From NCBI GenBank assembly GCA_035292445.1, contig DATDQB010000023.1:25533-89532 (forward strand): a DNA stretch of 64,000 nucleotides. The letters run 5' to 3'. Both the position numbers and the translations under genes were made by a program. Source of the stretch: Candidatus Omnitrophota bacterium (lineage in GTDB: Bacteria > Omnitrophota > Gorgyraeia > Zapsychrales > Zapsychraceae). Each line of letters starts with the position of its first letter. Position 1 is the first letter of the stretch. The notes under the pieces were generated by a model, which did not search any database, was not told the DNA's origin, and saw only the letters and a program-made list of their open reading frames with translations. This document shows positions 59,336 through 64,000 of the stretch, piece after piece.

Positions 59336-61366
59336 ATGAGAATACATCCAAAATTCACTTCCCGCAACGCCCAGGCCGCCTTGGAGTATATGCTTCTTTT
59401 AGCGGTTGTTGTGGCCATTGTGCTGGTCGGGCTACAAAATAAACTACCCCGGGCCAACCGTGCGACAGAACAGTATTTCAATGAAACGGCCAATATCATT
59501 ATGGGGCAAAACCCATCGAGCTCTTGTACAACGGGGGGCTGGACAGCTTGGACCGCCTGTAGCCTTCTTTGCGGATCCGGAGGAACGCAAACAAGAACGT
59601 GTACGGATACCTGCGGCAGCGGCTGCGCCCCGGATCAATACGGGTCTATCACTTCAAGGCCTTGTAATCAATTCCCTTGCCCGCCGGTTGATTGCCAGTG
59701 GGATCCGGCAGGATGGTCCGCCTGCCCTGCCTGCGTGAATCCGGGGCAACTCCCTACGCAGACAAGGCAATGTATATGTCCTCCTGCGCCTGTCGGGCAA
59801 AATTGTATAGGAGCGGCTTCACGAAACTGCAACTTTAATCTTTGTCCGACGCCGACGTGCGTGTGGGATCCTTGGTCGGCCTGTTCGCTTCCCTGCGGCG
59901 GCGGGGTTCAAACAAGGACATGTACTTGCCCGCCGGGTGTGCCTCCGGGGTCATACTGTCCCGCTGACGGCAACGGTCTGAGTTTAACCAGAGCGTGCAA
60001 TACACAAGGCTGTGATTGTTTGCCAACATCCGCTTCACCTACCTGTGGAGGACCCGTCACGATTCCGGCCAATAATCAGCCTGTTTCCAGCGGCTCGGTC
60101 GTTCAGGTTGCTTGTGGGACGGGGTGTCTGGGGTTTGTAACCTTTGCTTGCAATAGTGGCTTCTGGAATTTTGTCAGTGAGACGTGTACCGTTTCCTGCG
60201 GCAACAATGTCTGCGATGTGTCTGCGGGAGAGAATTCGACCAACTGTTGTCAGGATTGTCATGGGACACCGGCCTGCGGGGATACGGTTTGCTGCGCTGC
60301 CGGCGGGGAAGACCGGACAAACTGCTGTGCCGATTGTGCTAGCTGTGGAGATACTTTCTGTGACGCTCCCTGCGGGGAGAATTCGACGAATTGTTGCCAG
60401 GACTGCGGGGCGGGATGCGGCGATGGAATTTGTTGCTCGAGCGCAGAAACTAACACCAATTGTTGCGATTGCGTCAGCGTATTAACGACCGGCGACGGGC
60501 TCTGCTGCGCCAATACCGGCGAAGACGCGACCAATTCCTGCGATTGTGTCGCCGGCTTTAATTGCGGGGACGGTTTATGTTGCGCCGCAACAGGGGAAGA
60601 TATCAATACTTGTGTGGCCGATTGTTTGACTTGCCCAACTTTCGATGTCACGACGTGTGGAGGGATAGGGATGACAACCCTTCCGGCAGGCACCGCCAGC
60701 GGGACTTCCGTTAGTGTGCCCTGCGACGGCTGTTCGGGTTCTGTCACGGCTGATTGTGTTGCCGGGGGATGGACAAATATCGATGAGAGCAATTGTTGTT
60801 ACGATGGGCGCTGTTTCCAGCAGGCGGATTGTACTTCTTGTGAATCGCTTTCGTGCTGCGGGTGGTGCGATCCAAGTGATCCTAATAACCCCAGTCCAGG
60901 ATGCTGTAGTGAATTTAATTCGCCTTTAGGGACGTGCTCCGTGCCATGCATTAGCTGTTTTAGATGGGACGGAACCTGCTGTGACAGCATGAATGGGGGG
61001 AATGTCTCTGAATGTACGTTTTGCTCTGACAATGGGAATATGTATTGTACACCAACGGATTGTACGAATTTCTGTCCTAGTGCCCAAGCGGGATGTGGGG
61101 GAGGCAACGCTTGTTTATCTTTTGGGACATGTGTTGGCGGATTTTTTAATGGGGATGACTGTGTTGATCCAAATACGCCGCCGGGTTGTATTATGACACC
61201 TGGACAGGTATCCGATAGCCAATGTATGCTCAACGGCGGGACCTGCGGTGCTTGCTCTGGAGAGATTGGCCAGTTTTGTTCTGGCACGTCTTACTGTCCT
61301 TGTACGGGATGTTGTGATAGTGCTACATTTACATGCGAATTCTCCCCATCGTGTCTTCCACCCTAA
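59336..61366 (+). CDS. Large secreted Cys-rich protein: TadE/Flp-pseudopilin-like N-terminal segment, three thrombospondin type-1-like repeats, tandem CGDG-type Cys-rich repeats, C-terminal Cys-rich domain
   Basis: N-terminus RNA-QAALEYMLLLAVVVAIVLVG matches the Flp/TadE pattern (E at +5, Y at +6, hydrophobic helix). W-x-x-W-x-x-C-S-x-x-C-G-x-G motifs at three positions (WTAWTACSLLCGSGGTQTRTC and two more). Repeated CGDGxCCxxxGEDxTNCCxDC units. About 14% Cys. ATG at 59336 preferred over the TTG at 59300, which sits in a hairpin. Confidence 0.7.
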   Translation: MRIHPKFTSRNAQAALEYMLLLAVVVAIVLVGLQNKLPRANRATEQYFNETANIIMGQNPSSSCTTGGWTAWTACSLLCGSGGTQTRTCTDTCGSGCAPDQYGSITSRPCNQFPCPPVDCQWDPAGWSACPACVNPGQLPTQTRQCICPPAPVGQNCIGAASRNCNFNLCPTPTCVWDPWSACSLPCGGGVQTRTCTCPPGVPPGSYCPADGNGLSLTRACNTQGCDCLPTSASPTCGGPVTIPANNQPVSSGSVVQVACGTGCLGFVTFACNSGFWNFVSETCTVSCGNNVCDVSAGENSTNCCQDCHGTPACGDTVCCAAGGEDRTNCCADCASCGDTFCDAPCGENSTNCCQDCGAGCGDGICCSSAETNTNCCDCVSVLTTGDGLCCANTGEDATNSCDCVAGFNCGDGLCCAATGEDINTCVADCLTCPTFDVTTCGGIGMTTLPAGTASGTSVSVPCDGCSGSVTADCVAGGWTNIDESNCCYDGRCFQQADCTSCESLSCCGWCDPSDPNNPSPGCCSEFNSPLGTCSVPCISCFRWDGTCCDSMNGGNVSECTFCSDNGNMYCTPTDCTNFCPSAQAGCGGGNACLSFGTCVGGFFNGDDCVDPNTPPGCIMTPGQVSDSQCMLNGGTCGACSGEIGQFCSGTSYCPCTGCCDSATFTCEFSPSCLPP

Positions 61367-61386
61367 TTAGAATAAAATAAGTTAAT

Positions 61387-61403
61387 AAAGGTGCGACACC
61401 TTT
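61387..61403. terminator. Short hairpin (AAAGGU-GCGAC-ACCUUU) in the 57-nt gap between the convergent Cys-rich genes; possible bidirectional terminator
   Basis: Read in the sequence; no classical U-run on either side. Confidence 0.35.
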
Positions 61404-61423
61404 AGGGGGATTTCCGTCACTTT

Positions 61424-64000
61424 TTAGGGGGGATCGCACCCATGGCATGTAATATTATCACCCAGGTCCACACAGCCGGAACCATGGCTTGAGCAATAGG
61501 TACCACAACCCCATGCTTGCGCGCCGGAGCAGTTCCAGGTAAAAGTACAGCGGCAAGGATCCGATGGGTTTGATGCCATACACCCCATTCCATACGGATC
61601 TGAGCAATTACAGACGCTAGCGCAGTTGGGCTCGGTTGGCGTGCAGCCCATACAATAAGGGGAAACACCAGGGGTTCCATCAGCGCAATCCGCGTCCTTG
61701 CCGCCGCAGTAGGTATCGCAACCCCATTTCTGGGCACCTGCGCAACTCCAACTCATACTGCACCAACAATTGGGATTGCTGTTTCCTGACATGCACATTC
61801 CCATAGAAAATGGGTCGCTGCAATCACAAAGGGTATCGTTACAGTCGACTTCTGGCGGTGGTGGTGGCGGCGGCGAACACGTATTCGAGTTAAATATCCA
61901 AGAACCATTATTACACGTATAACTGCATCCTCCGGAGTACCCAATGACACAAGAACCGCTTGAACCGTTGTGAGCAGTGGCAGCAAGATAGCAATCGTTT
62001 ATGATTGTTTCTGGACAAGGATTTCCACCGCTGCACACACCGCCGCTGCAGGTCCCGCTGGCGCAGAAAGTCCCGGTTGTCCCGCAGCTGTTGCCGCAGC
62101 TGTCATTGATAGGTGTTCCGCAAGAAATGGTTGAAGGATTAGCGCATTGGCTTGAGTTAAAGCCTGTTCCGAAAGTGCCGCAGAAGGTGCCACAGATATC
62201 ATATATGGGATCCCCGCAAGCCACCGATGAAGCGCTTGGACAAGAAGGCGAACCGCAATCTTGTGGACAGTCGCATTGGTCTTCTGGAGGATCGCAATTA
62301 CCGTCAGGACAGACGGGACCGATTTGTTGACACCAACACTGGCCTGTTCCATTATCTTCCGGGCAAGGATTACCGCCAGCACTCTGGCAAAGCATACCCC
62401 CGCAACACGGCCCTGGAGTAACATTACCGCAGGTGTTTCCGAGAGAGAGACAAGGACAACTACTACACTCACCCGTATAAGGAGGGCAGGGGCCGCTGCA
62501 TGAAGGGCATACGCCGGAGCCCGTGCAATTAGTTGTACAATCTGATGAGCGTGTGTATATCACCCCACAGTTGAGCCATCCACAGGCCGTGCAAGTGAAT
62601 TCATCATCGACACAAGTGTTATTCCAGGACCAAGAGCCGTTATCGCAGGTGGCTGAACAGTTGCCTATATCCGAACAAACACCCGAAACATTTTGACCAT
62701 CACTGTAAGTGCCGGGAGGTATGGAGCATTGTGTTTCGCCACCTCCGTCGCTTACTCCCCCTGAGCAGGTCGCTGAGCACGTATTCGAGCTGGGTGTTGT
62801 CCAGCTGCCATTATCGCATGTATAACTACAGGAACCACTATATCCACTGGCGCAGCTGCCGCTTGTGTTACCGGATGCAGTGCCGCCTGTTAAGTCGCAA
62901 TTACTGATGGTTGTTGCGCCACAAGGGTCCTTAGTTTTTGAGCACATCCCACTATTTGAGCCGCCACAACTTCCATCACAGCGCCATCTCCATTCAGCCG
63001 TAGTATCCGCATAGGCTCCGTCATTGGCCGTTCCAGCCGAGCATCCATTCTGAACGGCATTGTTGCAAACTCCGTTAAGAGGCGAGCACCCCGTGCAGTA
63101 CCAGTAATCGTCATCATTACACGCTACGGCGCAGGGGCCTTGGCATCCCCCTGAAGCGGCGCAAACTGCCGCGTCCGGAGTTATGCCCTTGGTGCCGCTG
63201 GCGCAGACACGTGAGCTACAGGTGATGCCATTACACCAATTAGACCCACACGTCGCCGAACAAGATGCGTTGGAATAAGAGCCGGATAAGCTCCCATTAT
63301 TACATGTCCTGGTCTGACTGCTACAGGAGCCGCTGCAAGTTTCAGAGGCATTCAGATACGCCGTGACACTGTTACCATGAGCTATGGTTCCCCCCCAAGG
63401 TAGATTGCAGGGAGCTGAACACGTATTCGAGCTGGGTGTTGTCCAGCTGCCATTATCGCATGTATAACTACAGGATCCAGTATAGCCACTGGCGCAGCCG
63501 CCGCTTGTGCTACCGGATGCAGTAGCTAATACGTCGCAATTACCATTAACAGTTGTTGCGCTACAAGGATTCTTAGTTTTTGAACACACGCCGCTGGGTG
63601 AACAGCCAAGCCCTTGAGGAGAATCATCACAATGCCATCTCCATTCCGCAGACGTATCACCATAAACTGAATTATTAGGCGTACCTTTGGTACAGCCGTC
63701 TACCACGCTGTTATCGCATTGACCATTGTCACACACCCCACAACTTGCCTCTGCGCCCGGACAAGTGGGAGAGCCCGTACAATGGGAAACGCTACAATAT
63801 GTTTTTCCATCATCACTACAAGTTGTACAATCTGTTGCTGGGCCACCGTCGCAGCATATTAGATTGCCGCCTGACGGCGCATCCCATCCAAGGCAGCTCA
63901 AACAGGTACAGGTGCCTCCGGAAGCGGTGTAGCCGTTGATACATGTGACAGCACAATGATCGCCTCCTCCTGGACAAGAAGAAACAGCTGTTGCCGTTCT
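61424..64000 (-). CDS. Very large Cys/Gly/Ser/Thr-rich secreted modular protein (5' end beyond the window), paralogous C-terminal domain to the + strand neighbour
   Basis: Open frame continues upstream of the TTG at 63901 (CINGYTASGGTCTC...), so the gene is 5'-truncated by the window. Recurrent module C-x-x-GY(S/T)G(S/G)CSYTC(D/N)NGSW..(S/N)NTC three times, AEWRW(H/R)CD motif twice, a PPPPPPP linker. C-terminal C.C..W.C.GAQ.WGC.TYC units shared with the + strand protein; both proteins end in PP. Confidence 0.7.
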   Translation of the reverse strand, partial: RTATAVSSCPGGGDHCAVTCINGYTASGGTCTCLSCLGWDAPSGGNLICCDGGPATDCTTCSDDGKTYCSVSHCTGSPTCPGAEASCGVCDNGQCDNSVVDGCTKGTPNNSVYGDTSAEWRWHCDDSPQGLGCSPSGVCSKTKNPCSATTVNGNCDVLATASGSTSGGCASGYTGSCSYTCDNGSWTTPSSNTCSAPCNLPWGGTIAHGNSVTAYLNASETCSGSCSSQTRTCNNGSLSGSYSNASCSATCGSNWCNGITCSSRVCASGTKGITPDAAVCAASGGCQGPCAVACNDDDYWYCTGCSPLNGVCNNAVQNGCSAGTANDGAYADTTAEWRWRCDGSCGGSNSGMCSKTKDPCGATTISNCDLTGGTASGNTSGSCASGYSGSCSYTCDNGSWTTPSSNTCSATCSGGVSDGGGETQCSIPPGTYSDGQNVSGVCSDIGNCSATCDNGSWSWNNTCVDDEFTCTACGWLNCGVIYTRSSDCTTNCTGSGVCPSCSGPCPPYTGECSSCPCLSLGNTCGNVTPGPCCGGMLCQSAGGNPCPEDNGTGQCWCQQIGPVCPDGNCDPPEDQCDCPQDCGSPSCPSASSVACGDPIYDICGTFCGTFGTGFNSSQCANPSTISCGTPINDSCGNSCGTTGTFCASGTCSGGVCSGGNPCPETIINDCYLAATAHNGSSGSCVIGYSGGCSYTCNNGSWIFNSNTCSPPPPPPPEVDCNDTLCDCSDPFSMGMCMSGNSNPNCWCSMSWSCAGAQKWGCDTYCGGKDADCADGTPGVSPYCMGCTPTEPNCASVCNCSDPYGMGCMASNPSDPCRCTFTWNCSGAQAWGCGTYCSSHGSGCVDLGDNITCHGCDPP
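62779..63645 (-). repeat. Two about 220-bp near-identical direct repeat units (62779-62996 and 63421-63645, period about 642 bp) inside the Cys-rich gene; recent internal module duplication
   Basis: Long identical strings are visible in both copies (for example ACGTATTCGAGCTGGGTGTTGTCCAGCTGCCATTATCGCATGTATAACTACAGGA). A third, diverged copy of the encoded module lies near 61900-61980. Confidence 0.7.

Noticed and set aside
60259-61287. Minus-strand ORFs (177 aa and 162 aa) and several + strand ORFs inside the two Cys-rich genes
   Set aside because: Alternative-frame and antisense artefacts of the long, compositionally biased Cys/Gly-rich coding sequences. The main frames are far longer and carry coherent repeat structure.

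Overview
The window reads as a compact bacterial chromosomal segment of about 50% GC. Most genes are on the + strand, and many junctions overlap by 1-4 nt, suggesting translational coupling. I cannot assign a lineage.

Part 1 - content, in order:
- A parS pair, then parA-parB, ndk, yicC-gmk-rpoZ-coaC.
- A three-tRNA cluster (Cys-GCA, Leu-TAA, Val-GAC).
- The conserved thrS-infC-rpmI-rplT-pheS-pheT block; infC appears to use the classical AUU start.
- rarA, a 5-formyl-THF cyclo-ligase, rny-ymdB, a PilZ protein, gltX.
- A small operon around an HTTM (vitamin-K carboxylase-like) membrane protein.
- sucCD plus a stand-alone Pta-N-terminal-like DRTGG protein.
- The complete Na+-NQR operon nqrABCDEF, with a convergent small nqrM-like ORF that the six-frame ORF track missed.
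- A nitrogen block under apparent antitermination control: a GAF-GAF-ANTAR regulator, then amtB-glnK and a type III glutamine synthetase. Three TTGACA-17-TATACT-type promoters each drive a leader carrying an ANTAR-type hexaloop hairpin that overlaps an intrinsic terminator (five such attenuators in total).
- A run of glutamine-amide-using genes: a GATase1 protein, nadE, a small Fis-type HTH protein, gltBD, glpK-glpD-like, carA, carB, purF, pyrG; then rpe.
- A convergent pair of very large cysteine-rich secreted proteins at the 3' end.

Part 2 - most unusual items:
- The convergent cysteine-rich pair. One protein has a TadE/Flp-pseudopilin-like N-terminus followed by three thrombospondin type-1-like repeats and CGDG-type Cys repeats. 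The other carries roughly 0.64-kb near-identical tandem module duplications and runs off the window.
- The ANTAR attenuator system on the nitrogen genes.
- An eight-copy heptamer repeat between carA and carB.
- A repeat-rich, highly structured 420-nt spacer between pyrG and rpe.
- The HTTM operon.

No CRISPR array, rRNA, integrase or transposase signal was seen.
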